Shown in pieces: positions 28,899 through 39,733 of a stretch of 64,000 nucleotides of DNA (its first letter is position 1; each line of letters opens with the position of its first letter). Both the position numbers and the translations under genes were made by a program. This DNA is from Fibrobacteria bacterium (GTDB lineage Bacteria > Fibrobacterota > Fibrobacteria > UBA11236 > JADFYW01). The stretch covers positions 552,091 to 616,090 of the forward strand of contig JBNKOC010000012.1 in NCBI GenBank assembly GCA_050294405.1. Reading direction: 5' to 3'. The notes under the pieces are model-generated. The model was given only the letters and a program-made list of their open reading frames with translations. It was not told the DNA's origin and made no database searches.

Positions 28899-30629
28899 AT
28901 GAAAAGCTTTTTAACCATATGCATGCTCTTTAGCTCCTGGGCTTATTCCCCAATGGCTGCCGAATGGCCGGGCTTTCGGGGAAACCCTGAGCGTACCGGA
29001 TTTTATTCCCGCGCCGTGGGCGTTCCGGAAAAAAATGCGGAGCCTCAGTGGAAAATTAAACTTCCCGGAGCTGTTATTTCTTCCCCGGCTATTGAAAATG
29101 GATATGTATATATCGGAGCCAGAGATTCCAGTGTGTATTGCTTGGATGCCAAAACCGGCGAAGTGATTTGGAAAGTGAAAACCGGTGGCTGGGTGGATAG
29201 TTCGCCTACTATACATAAGGATATAGTATACGTGGGTTCCAGAGATGGTTATTTATATGCCCTGGATAAAAAATCAGGAGATGTAATCAACAAGTATCCC
29301 GCTGGATTGCAATTGTCCTCACCTGCGGTTTATAACGATGAAAGCGTAATAACAGGCCTGGGCCCTCCGGTGAACGGAGTTTCTTCCTTTCCTTTAAGGG
29401 CTAGAAGCACGAAAATTGTGGATACAGTTTGGAGCCAACCCCTTCCTCAAATGAGCTATTCATCACCAGCCTTATCCAGAAATATTATGGTTATTGGCGC
29501 TAGTAATGGCAAAATGTATGGAAAAGATGCTTCCACCGGGGAAAATTTGTGGGATATTCAAACCCAAGGGGGCGTTTATTTGTCTACCCCATCCATTGAT
29601 GACAGTGTGGTATATTTTTCTCCGGGGAACCTGGACCAAAACATATATGTAAATCGACTTGAAAACGGCGAGGAACTGCGCAAGGTTTCCATCGGAGGGC
29701 CCCAGGGTTCTGTGCCTTCGGGCTATTTGCGTAAAACGGGTGCAGGTCCTAAATATATCCATCCCCATGTATTTAAACAGCTGTTAAGGTTATCGCCTGA
29801 AGACAGGCAGATGTATATGGACCAACTTAACTCAGAGGGTTACAAGCTCAATAAACTGTCAGCCAAAGGTCCCGAAGAAGAAAGCTACAAATGGATTCCC
29901 ATAGGAGGAATGAAAACTTCTTCCGTGGCCGTTGGACCAAATAATGCCTATGTTATTCAAAAATATCTGGGATTTTTGGAAACCTCCCCCAATCAATTCG
30001 ATTATCGGCCTTATTTTATACTGACCTCAGTGGATAAATCCAAGGGAAAGCAATCCTGGCAATTCCATAAAGTATTGGATTCCGAAAGGCTGGGTTACGC
30101 CTCCTCACCTATAGTAAGTAACTATTTAAAAGGGGGCCAGGTGGTGTTTTTTGGCTGGGGTGAAGGACGGGTTTATGCCCTTCATGACGACAAGGGGAAA
30201 TCAGAGCCCCAAATCCTTTGGGAAGACAAATTGCAGGGCCATGTTATTTCTTCGCCAGCCCTTGCGGATGGCCAACTTTATTTTGCCACCACCGAAGGCT
30301 ATGTATATGCATATCCGGTGGCTGTGGCCGCTAATCCCGCAGCTTTGAAAGAAGGCGTGTACGCCTATCCAAATCCGGTGCGTAAACGGGCTACGGAAGT
30401 CAATATTAATTTTGATCTCTCCGGCTCTACTGCTGATGTTAGTCTTGTAGTGTACAATACCGCTGAAAGGCCGGTTTTCAGAGACAACTTCCGGGTAAAT
30501 ACGGTTATGTCCTACAGTTGGAAACTAAAAGGCGTGGCTAACGGCGTGTATTTTGCCAAAGTAGTTGTGGATTACGACAGCGGTGGTTCCGATTCCAAAT
30601 GGATAAAAATTGCGGTGCTCAGGGAATGA
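28899..30629 (+). CDS. Secreted PQQ-like (BamB-type) beta-propeller repeat protein with T9SS-type C-terminal sorting domain
   Basis: Signal peptide. Repeated ...NGYVYIGARDSSVYCLDAKTGEVIWK... / ...DIVYVGSRDGYLYALDKKSGD... blades. C-terminus YPNPV...GVYFAKVVVDY...KIAVLRE matches Por_Secre_tail-like CTDs. Confidence 0.7.
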   Translation: MKSFLTICMLFSSWAYSPMAAEWPGFRGNPERTGFYSRAVGVPEKNAEPQWKIKLPGAVISSPAIENGYVYIGARDSSVYCLDAKTGEVIWKVKTGGWVDSSPTIHKDIVYVGSRDGYLYALDKKSGDVINKYPAGLQLSSPAVYNDESVITGLGPPVNGVSSFPLRARSTKIVDTVWSQPLPQMSYSSPALSRNIMVIGASNGKMYGKDASTGENLWDIQTQGGVYLSTPSIDDSVVYFSPGNLDQNIYVNRLENGEELRKVSIGGPQGSVPSGYLRKTGAGPKYIHPHVFKQLLRLSPEDRQMYMDQLNSEGYKLNKLSAKGPEEESYKWIPIGGMKTSSVAVGPNNAYVIQKYLGFLETSPNQFDYRPYFILTSVDKSKGKQSWQFHKVLDSERLGYASSPIVSNYLKGGQVVFFGWGEGRVYALHDDKGKSEPQILWEDKLQGHVISSPALADGQLYFATTEGYVYAYPVAVAANPAALKEGVYAYPNPVRKRATEVNINFDLSGSTADVSLVVYNTAERPVFRDNFRVNTVMSYSWKLKGVANGVYFAKVVVDYDSGGSDSKWIKIAVLRE

Positions 30630-31597
30630 TTATGAAAAGATACATACTACATAGTTCCCTAATAAGCCTTGTGCTTTTATTTTCCTACGGGATAACCCCG
30701 GCATTTTCCCAGGATTTTGCCTCGCGTTCTTATGCGGAATTCGGCGCGGAATATTTAAAACTGCCACGCCATGCGGGGACAGCCAGTCTTGCCAACGCCA
30801 GCGCCGCCTGGGAAGAAAACCTGCTGGGCCTTCAATACAATCCGGGGCTTATTGGTTACAATAGCCAACATCATGTAAACCTAAGCTATACCTTTTTAAC
30901 CCTGGACAGGCTTCATTACAGTTTGGAATATGTAAGCCCTAAATATTACGGTCAGAATTTTGGGGTTTCTATTACCAGCTTTGGCGTAAAAGATATTGAG
31001 GAAAGAGACGATACCGGCCAATTAAACGGCCATTTTGATGATACGGAAATTGCGGCTGATTTTCTGGCTGGGGGACAGCTCAAAGGCTGGTTTAGTTATG
31101 GAATAGCTTTACGATATATACATCAGCAATTGGGCGAATTTAATGAGTCTGGAGCTAAAGGTTTTGGCATGGATATAGGTGTGCATTACAAGCCAATGGA
31201 AAAAATAGGAATAGGGGCGAGTTTGCAAAATTTAGGTTCTTATTTGTGGTGGGAAACCGGACGCGAGGATCAAGTGGTGCCCATATTCAGGCTTGGAGTA
31301 AATGGAAATATTGTGGACTCGGTGCTCAAGGCGGAAATAGACATTGTCAAACCCTATTCTCAACCCATTGAATCTAACATTGGAGTGGAGGGAAAAATAT
31401 TAAGGGTAATAGCCGTTCGCGTTGGAATTGTAAATGCGCTAACCTATGATGCGGATGGCGCTGTATATATGGATCCAGAATTTTTTCTGGGAGTGGGGTT
31501 GTCCCACAAATTCTTTGGGTTTGAATATGCGGCCATGAAACCGGGTTCGGAACTGGGAATGGGGCATAAATTTTCGTTGCAGGTCAATTTTAATTAA
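30626..31597 (+). CDS. Outer-membrane beta-barrel protein, possibly PorP/SprF-family T9SS-associated
   Basis: Signal peptide MIMKRYILHSSLISLVLLFSYGITPAFSQ. About 320 aa with alternating amphipathic strands, ending ...FSLQVNFN. Start ATG overlaps the upstream stop (ATGA). Family assignment rests on size, barrel character and position upstream of giant surface-protein genes. Confidence 0.35.
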   Translation: MIMKRYILHSSLISLVLLFSYGITPAFSQDFASRSYAEFGAEYLKLPRHAGTASLANASAAWEENLLGLQYNPGLIGYNSQHHVNLSYTFLTLDRLHYSLEYVSPKYYGQNFGVSITSFGVKDIEERDDTGQLNGHFDDTEIAADFLAGGQLKGWFSYGIALRYIHQQLGEFNESGAKGFGMDIGVHYKPMEKIGIGASLQNLGSYLWWETGREDQVVPIFRLGVNGNIVDSVLKAEIDIVKPYSQPIESNIGVEGKILRVIAVRVGIVNALTYDADGAVYMDPEFFLGVGLSHKFFGFEYAAMKPGSELGMGHKFSLQVNFN

Positions 31598-31632
31598 GGA
31601 CCCATTTCATTTGCGAAAATGGGACTTGTAAT

Positions 31633-33990
31633 ATGCTGTTAAATAAAATATCCACATTGTTTTTGACCGTCGTCTTTGGCGCAGTATGTTATGGGGATTG
31701 GACTCAAACTGCCAGAGTGGTGGGATATAATCCTACTAAGGCGGATGTGGACATCTCCTCGGCAATGGAATGGGCGAAAAGCTTGAATGCTTCCGTGGTG
31801 GTCATTAGGCAAACTGCAGTGAGTGAATTTGATTGGCTGGATAAGCGAAATAAGGGTGACTCTCTTGCCCTTGACTTATTAGATCGCGTCATTAAAACCT
31901 GCCACCGAAATGGCTTAAGGGCTGTGGTGGATTTAAGCGTTTTAGAATTGAGAAGTTCCAATGGAGATGCAGATGAGGATGGCAAATTGGATGTTGGCGC
32001 AACAACCCTCTTGTCCACCCATTCCAGCTGGATTCAGGAAGACCTTCAGGGTAACAAGGCCGTTTTTTATGGGAAAATAAACCCTGAATCCAAAAAAGGA
32101 GATGAAACAGTTTGGGCTAATATCCACAGTTCCAATTTTAAAACCAAATTGCTTGCTTTAGTTAAAGCCGTAAGCTCAATCAATCCAGATGGTATCTTAT
32201 TTTCCAATGTTAGTTATCCTGTGAGAGAGGGGTGGGAGAATAAGTGGGCTAGTTTTGACAGCTATTCTGTAACGAATTTTAATAGCACCCTTCCCACTCA
32301 ATCTCAATTAGGCGATGTTCATTCCGCTGCTTTTACAAAGTGGGCTTCCTGGCGCATGAACAAATTATCCCAATTTTCAACGGAATTGAATTCCGCTGTG
32401 AAAAATGAAAATCCAGATGTCAAAACATTTATGCTGATTAAAAACGCCATCTCTCACGAAACATTAGTCCGCGGTTATGACTTTGATAAGCTCACTAAAA
32501 TTTTTGACGGCTTTGTGTATGATATAGACTTTTTGGGTGATGCGGTTTCCCGAAACAGTTATGAATGGATGATGTATTTTGCCTCAATTAAAGGGGCAAA
32601 CGAACTGGATGGGGAAAAGCCAAGCTGGGTAATTGATAGAACTAATACCTCTTCCTCCCTTACTGTATCTAAGGATATGAACAAGTTTGGGGACGCAGTT
32701 GCCACAGGGATGTATACTTCTTTGCAAGCTGGCATGAATGTGTGGATAACAGGGGGCAACAGAAAATACAGTGCCGCCACAAATGTAACCAAAATGGCTG
32801 AAATTTTTTCCTGGGTTAAAGAAAACCAAAATTGGCTTTATGGAGAAAGAAAAGTAGCCCAGTCTGTGGGGGTATATTTTTCTCAATCCAGTTTGCTGTA
32901 TCGCACAGGAAATAAATGGCAGGGGCATTTAGCCTCCTTTTATGGAACCCTAATGATGTTACACGAATTGCATATTCCCACAACCATAATCAGCACTGGA
33001 AATTTGAGTTTAGTAGACAAAGAGGAAGTGGAAGGTATAATACTTCCGCAGGTGGACTGCGCCTCTACAGTGGAAATTGATTCTTTAAGGGAGTATTACG
33101 AAAAAAGCAATCTCATTGTGTATTTTAGCGGCAGCGATGATAACCATTGCACGGAAAAAGGTGTATCCGCAGATTTTAGCTGGGATGATCAGCTATTGGA
33201 GGTAATGCAGAGAGGCGGGATTAATAAAGGCGAGACCTTTTTTAATAATGTAATGATGGATGGTAATGGGAATTTATTAAACGAAAATTACCCCAATTCT
33301 GTAGCCGCTGATATAAAAACCCAATTTTCAACGGATTTAAATTTTGCAGCCCAAATTGGATACGCACCCTTTGAAATGCCCTCTACCACTGCGGTTCGAG
33401 CCGTGAAAACAGATGAAGCGTTCTTTTATCATCTGGTTAATTTTGGAGGGCTGGATAATGGTAATATTGCCCGCAGTATCGAAGAAGAAGTGAATATTTA
33501 TCGAAATGGGGAAGAGTTGGAATCGGGAGCCATCGAAATGAACGGCGGGAGTTTGGAAGTTATCAGTTATTACTCCGATTTGAATTCAGAACAAACTCTT
33601 AACTTGGTAGAAAACTCCATGGGTAGCTCTGCCATTATCAGAGCGGGTGCTTTACCTGATTTAGAGGAAGATGTTGTATCCAATAAATTTATGGCTGCAA
33701 ACAGGAAAAAGCCGTCTTTCAACCTTCCAAAAAAATTATTGGTTCAAACAAAACTTATAAAGATTCATTATCAAAATCCCGGCCAGGAAATTGAAACTAT
33801 GGATTTCCAGGTATATGATATACATGGAAGGAATATTAAACAAATTTCCCTGGAAAGAGGGCGAAATGGCTTTAGTGCTAATTGGGATTTGGAAAGCCAA
33901 CCTGGAAATTATTTTCAGCCTGGAATGTACGCTTACAGGCTAGTTGGAAATGGAAAAGCCATAAAAATTGGGCAAATGGTGGTGCGTTAA
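31633..33990 (+). CDS. Secreted 785-aa protein, N-terminal glycoside-hydrolase-like (TIM-barrel-like) region, T9SS-type C-terminal sorting domain
   Basis: Signal peptide MLLNKISTLFLTVVFGAVCYG. The C-terminus ...FQVYDIHGRNIKQISL...GMYAYRLVGNGKAIKIGQMVVR is CTD-like. The catalytic-domain call is weak. Confidence 0.4.
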   Translation: MLLNKISTLFLTVVFGAVCYGDWTQTARVVGYNPTKADVDISSAMEWAKSLNASVVVIRQTAVSEFDWLDKRNKGDSLALDLLDRVIKTCHRNGLRAVVDLSVLELRSSNGDADEDGKLDVGATTLLSTHSSWIQEDLQGNKAVFYGKINPESKKGDETVWANIHSSNFKTKLLALVKAVSSINPDGILFSNVSYPVREGWENKWASFDSYSVTNFNSTLPTQSQLGDVHSAAFTKWASWRMNKLSQFSTELNSAVKNENPDVKTFMLIKNAISHETLVRGYDFDKLTKIFDGFVYDIDFLGDAVSRNSYEWMMYFASIKGANELDGEKPSWVIDRTNTSSSLTVSKDMNKFGDAVATGMYTSLQAGMNVWITGGNRKYSAATNVTKMAEIFSWVKENQNWLYGERKVAQSVGVYFSQSSLLYRTGNKWQGHLASFYGTLMMLHELHIPTTIISTGNLSLVDKEEVEGIILPQVDCASTVEIDSLREYYEKSNLIVYFSGSDDNHCTEKGVSADFSWDDQLLEVMQRGGINKGETFFNNVMMDGNGNLLNENYPNSVAADIKTQFSTDLNFAAQIGYAPFEMPSTTAVRAVKTDEAFFYHLVNFGGLDNGNIARSIEEEVNIYRNGEELESGAIEMNGGSLEVISYYSDLNSEQTLNLVENSMGSSAIIRAGALPDLEEDVVSNKFMAANRKKPSFNLPKKLLVQTKLIKIHYQNPGQEIETMDFQVYDIHGRNIKQISLERGRNGFSANWDLESQPGNYFQPGMYAYRLVGNGKAIKIGQMVVR

Positions 33991-33991
33991 T

Positions 33992-36900
33992 ATGTTCAAA
34001 AAAATATTGTTAACATTGCTGCTAATTTCATTGTCACAAGTGGCAGCATATTTTGTGGAATTAAACAGTATTGAAGACGCTGAAATGAGGGATGGAAGTC
34101 CTACGCTAAATTTTGGCGGGGCTCAAAATGTCCATTTTGGCACTAACGGTGGAGTGATATACAGGGGGCTAATAAAAATTAACTATGAAGACAGTATTCC
34201 TGACGGGGCTGTGGTGGATAGCGCTAAGTTATATATGTATATACAGGCAATAAATAGTGCACCCCAAAATGTTAGTATTTATCAGGTGCTGGTGGATTGG
34301 AATGCTGGGTCAAAAAACGGAGCCTATTTGGCGGGAGCTGTGAGCTGGGACTCGGCCAAAACTGGAATTACAGCTTGGAATGCAGCAGGAGCAAGCGGGT
34401 CGGGTTCAGATTATGTGGCAACCCCCATTACAAGCTATGCCTTTGCCAACTCTGGAGCATATGATTCTGTTTCCATTGAGGATGCCTTTAATTCCTGGAT
34501 ACAAGGTTCCCCAAACTATGGCATATTATTAACAAATGACGATGAAACTTGCGGCGGAGGAGCAAATTGCCGGATTCGCACCAGAGCAGAGGAACACAGT
34601 GATTCCAGTTATGTACGTATTTGGTACCAAATCCCCCCTCAATTAACCGGGCTAAGCGGAGGCGCGGAAGCCGGGGCCACCCAAAGCGATTCCAGTACAG
34701 TGACTATTTCCTATGAAATATATGATCCAGATGACGCCACAAATACAGTATCGGCTCAATATTGCTTAACTTCCAATGACTGTTCTGCGGCAGGAGCTGG
34801 CTGGACGGCTATGGCCAATACCACCGGAGATTTAGGGACCGTGTCCTCCACATCATCCTCCAGCGACAGGTTTATATACTGGGATGTGGAAACCCAACTG
34901 GGGTCCAGCGTTGATGATACTTATCGCGTGAGACTTATTGCTGTGGATGACTCGAGCAGTGTGGATACTCTTGAATCTGCCGATTTTATCGTAGACACTC
35001 AGGCTCCCACGAGTTTGGCTGGATTTTCCATGGATTCTGTCTATGAATCTTCAGCTGATGTCAGTTGGAGCACCCCGGCTGCGGATAACCACTTTAGCCA
35101 TTATGAAATATGGTTTGCGGAGGTGAAAGCCAATGTAGAGGCCAGAAACGCCTCTGCCGTGGAATGGGACCATACCGACGATGCCAACTTAGCCAATGCG
35201 GCAACTACATCCACATTGGTTCAGCTATTATCTTTCAGCACTAAATACTTTTTTAAAATTTGGGCTATCGACTCCGCAGGAAATGAAATATCTCTTCCCA
35301 CAGATAGTGGTACTACTCAGGCCTCAGATGTTCCTCTTGTATCTGGTTACGATCCTGAAACCAATGTAAGCGGAGTTATGGTCAGTTCTGATTCCGTAAA
35401 AATTCAATACGAAGTTCTCGACTTAGATGACTCTGTGGTTACGGTAACAGTAGAGACCAAACTGGCAAGCCAGGGGAGTTACGATAATTGGGCTACAGTG
35501 GATAGTTATATGTCAGGAGATACGGGCACTGTGGTGCAGTCTACCACCACGGACAGGTTAATTATCTGGGACATTGCTGCCCAACATGGAACCTCAGTTA
35601 ACGAAACAGCAACGGTAAGAGTTATTGCGGTGGATAGCAATGGGAATGCGGATACCAGTACTTCAGCTAGCTTTACCGTAGATACCCAAGCTCCCACAGC
35701 TCCAAGCGCTTTAACATCAACAGCAACTACTTCTTCTTCCGTTTCCTTAAGTTGGACTGCGGGTTCGGATGCAAATTTCAATCATTATGAAATTTGGTAT
35801 GGTACAGACCAGACAGAAGTGGAAAATAGAAATATTGCGGCGGAATGGGATGACTCGCCCCAGGATGCGAATTTGGCCACGGCTTCAACCACCAGTACTA
35901 CTATAACAGGGCTTCAGGCAAGTGTCACCTACTATTTCCATATATGGGCAGTGGATGATTATGGGAATGAAGCGGATTATGGGACAACATATTCCGTGGC
36001 AACTGCTGCAACTACGGATTTACAAATAACAGATATTGAAGATAATGTAATGCGCAGTAACAATACATCGGCAAATTGCGGCTCTGAACCAATCCGGGGT
36101 GGCCCCACCGCTGGAAGAAATGGAGGTTGGGGAGGCACTAAAAGAAGCTTAGTGAAAATTAACATGTCAGAAGTGCCCGCAGGGGCTACTATCGTATCAG
36201 CAACCTTTACCGCCCGATGTAATGCAGTAGGCGATGTTTCCTCTGTCACTATTGAGGCCTTTCCCTTATTGCAGGCCTTTGTGGAAGGAACAGATGGTTG
36301 CGGGACACAAGCGGGTTCCAGTTGCTGGAATGACTATGGGGCCGGTTCCTGGAGCACACCGGGGTTAGCTTCAGGCGTAGATTATGAGGCTACAGCGGTT
36401 TCATCTCAATCCGTAGCCGATGTGGGCACATACTCTTGGGATTTGACCAGCGTGGTTCAGGAATGGGTAAATGGAACCAGAACAAACAATGGGTTGGTAT
36501 TTATTGAATCTACGGAATCCGGTACTACCGGAAAGTTTTTTGATGCGGCAGAGGGAGCTATCCCACCATTCCTGGATGTACAATATACCTTGGGTTATCC
36601 TGAAGTAACCGGTTTGTCGGATGCCGCCCTTATTGGGGCGACCATGACCGGGGATCCGGATTCGGCCACTATAAGTTTTGAAGTATCAGATCCAAATGAT
36701 GTTAATGTAACTATTACTCTGCAATATAAACTTGCAGTTGGGGGAAGTTGGGCTGATGCTACTGAGGTGCTGGGCTATAGCGGTTCACAATCTGCCGCGG
36801 ATGGCGATGCCGACAGGAGCATTCGTTGGGCGGCTCGTTCTGAGCTTGGTAATGTGGATAACAATTATATGGTTCGAATTATAGCAACTGATGGCACCCT

Positions 36901-39682
36901 AAGTGACACTACTGAAAGCGCCAGCTTTGCAATAGATACAAAAGCGCCTGTGGGTTTGGCCAATTTAAATGTGGGAGCTTATGGAGTTGTGCATGCTAAC
37001 CTAAGTTGGACTTCTGTTACTAGTGAAACCAATTTTAGCCACTACGAAATATGGTATGGTTCCGATTTAACAGATGTTCAAAACAGGACAGGAAGTGCGG
37101 ATGAATGGGATAACAATGATGATAATGGACTGCTAACCGTTGGAACCACAACTACCTCAATCACGGGGTTATCGGCATCCACTTTGTATTATTTTAAGAT
37201 ATGGGCTATTGATGACATAGGCAATGAGGCTACGGTTACTTTTGACAGCGTTACGACCCAGGCCAATGCCGCCCCTACAGTAACAGGCTTAAGCGCGGCA
37301 GCTAAAGTTGGGGCAACACAAAGCGATACAGATTTAGTTAGCATCAGTTTTGAAATTGATGATACGGATGGCGATACGGCCGATTGCTCTTTAGAATATT
37401 TTGAAGTGGGAACAGGTCCTTGGACCAGTGCCAGCAATGTAACTGGAAACACCGGGGGAGTTAAGTTTACCAATGGGCAGGATTTATCCATGAGTTGGGA
37501 TGTTTTGACTGCGCTTTCGGTTCCCACTAGCGATGCAACCTATAAAATTAGGGTTCTATGCACAGATACTACTAGCCTTTCGGATACCACTGAATCGGCT
37601 AACTTCACTATTGATTTAGTGGACCCCACTGGAATGTCTGGTATTTCGGTGGGAACCATAGGGGCCACAACGGCAGGACTTTCCTGGAATTCGGTATCCA
37701 CTGAAAATCACTTCTCTCATTATGAAATATGGTACGGGACGGTTCAGAACGATGTAAATAGTAGAAGTGGAACCGCTCTGGAATGGGATGGCGATAATGA
37801 TGCCAGCCTTAGAACCATGACTACCGATACGACAACCATAACAGCTCTTTCTCCTCTTTCCACTTATTACTTTAAAATATGGAGTCAGGATTCTGCTGGA
37901 AATGAACAAACATTAGGCGTCGTGAGCGGTTCCACAGGAGGAACTAACGCGCCTATAGTTACCGGCCCTTCAGATGTTCCCAATATTTCTGCCAGCCAGA
38001 GTTCCACAACTCAGGTTACCATGGTTTATGAAGTGGATGATGCTGATGATGCCAGTGTAACGGTTACCGCTCAATATTGCGTGAGTACGAATGATTGTTC
38101 TAAAGCATCCAGCGACTGGACTGCTATGACTAATACCAGTGGAGATATTGGAGCATCAATTGCCACACATGCGACGAATGACAAAACTATTACCTGGACT
38201 GCAGCCACTCAATTGGGAAGTGTAGAAGGCACATATTATGTAAGGGTGATTGTGGATGATTTGGATGGGGCCACAGATAATGATACGGCTTCCAGTGCTT
38301 CTTTTACACTGGACACTCAGGCGCCGAGCTCCCCCGCCTCCCTTGCCACAGTGGAGGCTTTGGGAAGTACGATGGAACTCAGCTGGACTGCTGTAAGCGA
38401 TGCAAATTTTAATCACTATGAGATATGGTATGGAACCACTTCCGGCCAGGCAAGTGGTCGCACCGGTACGGAATGGGATAATAGTGATGATGGAAATCTG
38501 GCAAATAGCGCTACCACCTCTACCATAATTACAGGATTGACTTCGGGAACAGATTATTGGTGGCATATATGGGCTGTGGACGATATTGGAAATGAGACTA
38601 GCGATGGAACTTTAAACCAGGCAACTCCAGCTATAAAAACCCCTCAATTTGCTCTTGATGCAGACGATAACATTGGCGATGTTAAGGGAGCGGTAATAGC
38701 CGGAAGCGGAATGTATGTTTCAACGGCTAACATTGGCGGTAGTGAAGATAATATTACCAAGCGCAATGCTTCAACAGGTGCTTTTATGTGGCAATTTTCC
38801 ACCTCCGCATATGGATCTCCAAAACCGAGCACTTTTACCTATAGCAGCAGCGCCGGGAAATACATAATACATTCTGCTGCCGGCACCCGTATTATTGGAA
38901 TCCAGGACAATGGATCCAGCAAAACAGATTTGTTTGTGGTGAATTTGGGGGGAACAGCGGGAACTCCATATGGGGACCCGGGAGATAACCAAATTGCAGT
39001 AGTGGCGGGAGGATCCTTATATCTTCGAAACTTCACTACTGGGGCAGCTATTTGGGGCCCTATGGGAAGTAACTTGAGTTCAGATGGAGAACTTATTTTT
39101 GACAACTGGACCAACAATGTTATTTATGCGCCTGGGTCCAATGGGACTGTTTATGCCTTTAATATTTCTGATGGAAGCTCTTTTGGAAGTTATTCCACAG
39201 GGGCTGGAAGTGTTAGCCTTGCACTTTGGCAAATGAATGGTTTCATATACGCGGCTCCAAGTGATAATAGCCTGCATAAGATTAATGATGCCACCATGAC
39301 TGGAGCGGGTGGAAACTGGCCAGTCAGCTTAAGTGGAAATAATACTGGCGGACTTTGGTATGATTGGAATACCGACGTGATTTATGTTACCACTACTGCC
39401 GGAATTCAGGCCTTTGACTCGGATGGGAATGCTTATGGTACAGCTCGTTCTTTGACTAATATTAATTCCGCACCTCTGGTGCATAACAATGTGGTGTATT
39501 TTGGCCGCGATGGCGGCGAATACTACGCTGTCGATCCATCCAATTTAAATACGGATAGAACAGATTGGCCTTATACTGCCGCGGATGGTAATGCCAGGTC
39601 GGCTCCAGCGGCGGATTGGAGTAATGGCAGGGTTATATTTGGGACAGATAATGAAAATATAGACTCTTTTACTCAAGAATAA
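33992..39682 (+). CDS. Giant cell-surface protein (about 1900 aa): DNRLRE-like domains, 5+ Ig-like/FN3-like modules, C-terminal PQQ-like beta-propeller
   Basis: Signal peptide MFKKILLTLLLISLSQVAA (ATG at 33992; the ORF track starts at 33968). Five repeats of ...F(T/A)(I/V)DTQAPT...(L/V)SW(T/S)...(H/N)FSHYEIWYG... modules. N-terminal and mid-protein MRDGSPTLNFGG / VMRSNNTSANCG segments resemble DNRLRE domains. The last about 350 aa are PQQ-like blades (...VYAFNISDGS..., ...VYFGRDGGEYYAVDPSN...). Confidence 0.7.
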   Translation: MFKKILLTLLLISLSQVAAYFVELNSIEDAEMRDGSPTLNFGGAQNVHFGTNGGVIYRGLIKINYEDSIPDGAVVDSAKLYMYIQAINSAPQNVSIYQVLVDWNAGSKNGAYLAGAVSWDSAKTGITAWNAAGASGSGSDYVATPITSYAFANSGAYDSVSIEDAFNSWIQGSPNYGILLTNDDETCGGGANCRIRTRAEEHSDSSYVRIWYQIPPQLTGLSGGAEAGATQSDSSTVTISYEIYDPDDATNTVSAQYCLTSNDCSAAGAGWTAMANTTGDLGTVSSTSSSSDRFIYWDVETQLGSSVDDTYRVRLIAVDDSSSVDTLESADFIVDTQAPTSLAGFSMDSVYESSADVSWSTPAADNHFSHYEIWFAEVKANVEARNASAVEWDHTDDANLANAATTSTLVQLLSFSTKYFFKIWAIDSAGNEISLPTDSGTTQASDVPLVSGYDPETNVSGVMVSSDSVKIQYEVLDLDDSVVTVTVETKLASQGSYDNWATVDSYMSGDTGTVVQSTTTDRLIIWDIAAQHGTSVNETATVRVIAVDSNGNADTSTSASFTVDTQAPTAPSALTSTATTSSSVSLSWTAGSDANFNHYEIWYGTDQTEVENRNIAAEWDDSPQDANLATASTTSTTITGLQASVTYYFHIWAVDDYGNEADYGTTYSVATAATTDLQITDIEDNVMRSNNTSANCGSEPIRGGPTAGRNGGWGGTKRSLVKINMSEVPAGATIVSATFTARCNAVGDVSSVTIEAFPLLQAFVEGTDGCGTQAGSSCWNDYGAGSWSTPGLASGVDYEATAVSSQSVADVGTYSWDLTSVVQEWVNGTRTNNGLVFIESTESGTTGKFFDAAEGAIPPFLDVQYTLGYPEVTGLSDAALIGATMTGDPDSATISFEVSDPNDVNVTITLQYKLAVGGSWADATEVLGYSGSQSAADGDADRSIRWAARSELGNVDNNYMVRIIATDGTLSDTTESASFAIDTKAPVGLANLNVGAYGVVHANLSWTSVTSETNFSHYEIWYGSDLTDVQNRTGSADEWDNNDDNGLLTVGTTTTSITGLSASTLYYFKIWAIDDIGNEATVTFDSVTTQANAAPTVTGLSAAAKVGATQSDTDLVSISFEIDDTDGDTADCSLEYFEVGTGPWTSASNVTGNTGGVKFTNGQDLSMSWDVLTALSVPTSDATYKIRVLCTDTTSLSDTTESANFTIDLVDPTGMSGISVGTIGATTAGLSWNSVSTENHFSHYEIWYGTVQNDVNSRSGTALEWDGDNDASLRTMTTDTTTITALSPLSTYYFKIWSQDSAGNEQTLGVVSGSTGGTNAPIVTGPSDVPNISASQSSTTQVTMVYEVDDADDASVTVTAQYCVSTNDCSKASSDWTAMTNTSGDIGASIATHATNDKTITWTAATQLGSVEGTYYVRVIVDDLDGATDNDTASSASFTLDTQAPSSPASLATVEALGSTMELSWTAVSDANFNHYEIWYGTTSGQASGRTGTEWDNSDDGNLANSATTSTIITGLTSGTDYWWHIWAVDDIGNETSDGTLNQATPAIKTPQFALDADDNIGDVKGAVIAGSGMYVSTANIGGSEDNITKRNASTGAFMWQFSTSAYGSPKPSTFTYSSSAGKYIIHSAAGTRIIGIQDNGSSKTDLFVVNLGGTAGTPYGDPGDNQIAVVAGGSLYLRNFTTGAAIWGPMGSNLSSDGELIFDNWTNNVIYAPGSNGTVYAFNISDGSSFGSYSTGAGSVSLALWQMNGFIYAAPSDNSLHKINDATMTGAGGNWPVSLSGNNTGGLWYDWNTDVIYVTTTAGIQAFDSDGNAYGTARSLTNINSAPLVHNNVVYFGRDGGEYYAVDPSNLNTDRTDWPYTAADGNARSAPAADWSNGRVIFGTDNENIDSFTQE

Positions 39683-39733
39683 GAGAAACAAAACTCTGTT
39701 TTGAAAGCATAAAAAATTATAAATTGAAGTAAT

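Noticed and set aside
28834-28902. 22-codon ORF (MNNISTGPKCQESHISLLNNIR) in the only sizeable intergenic gap of the rSAM/PqqD cluster; considered as a PqqA-like or RiPP precursor
   Set aside because: It has no PqqA-like E...Y motif and only one Cys. AAGGA abuts the ATG with no spacer. It lies inside the leader of the PQQ-propeller gene and overlaps its start. It is kept only as a possible leader ORF.
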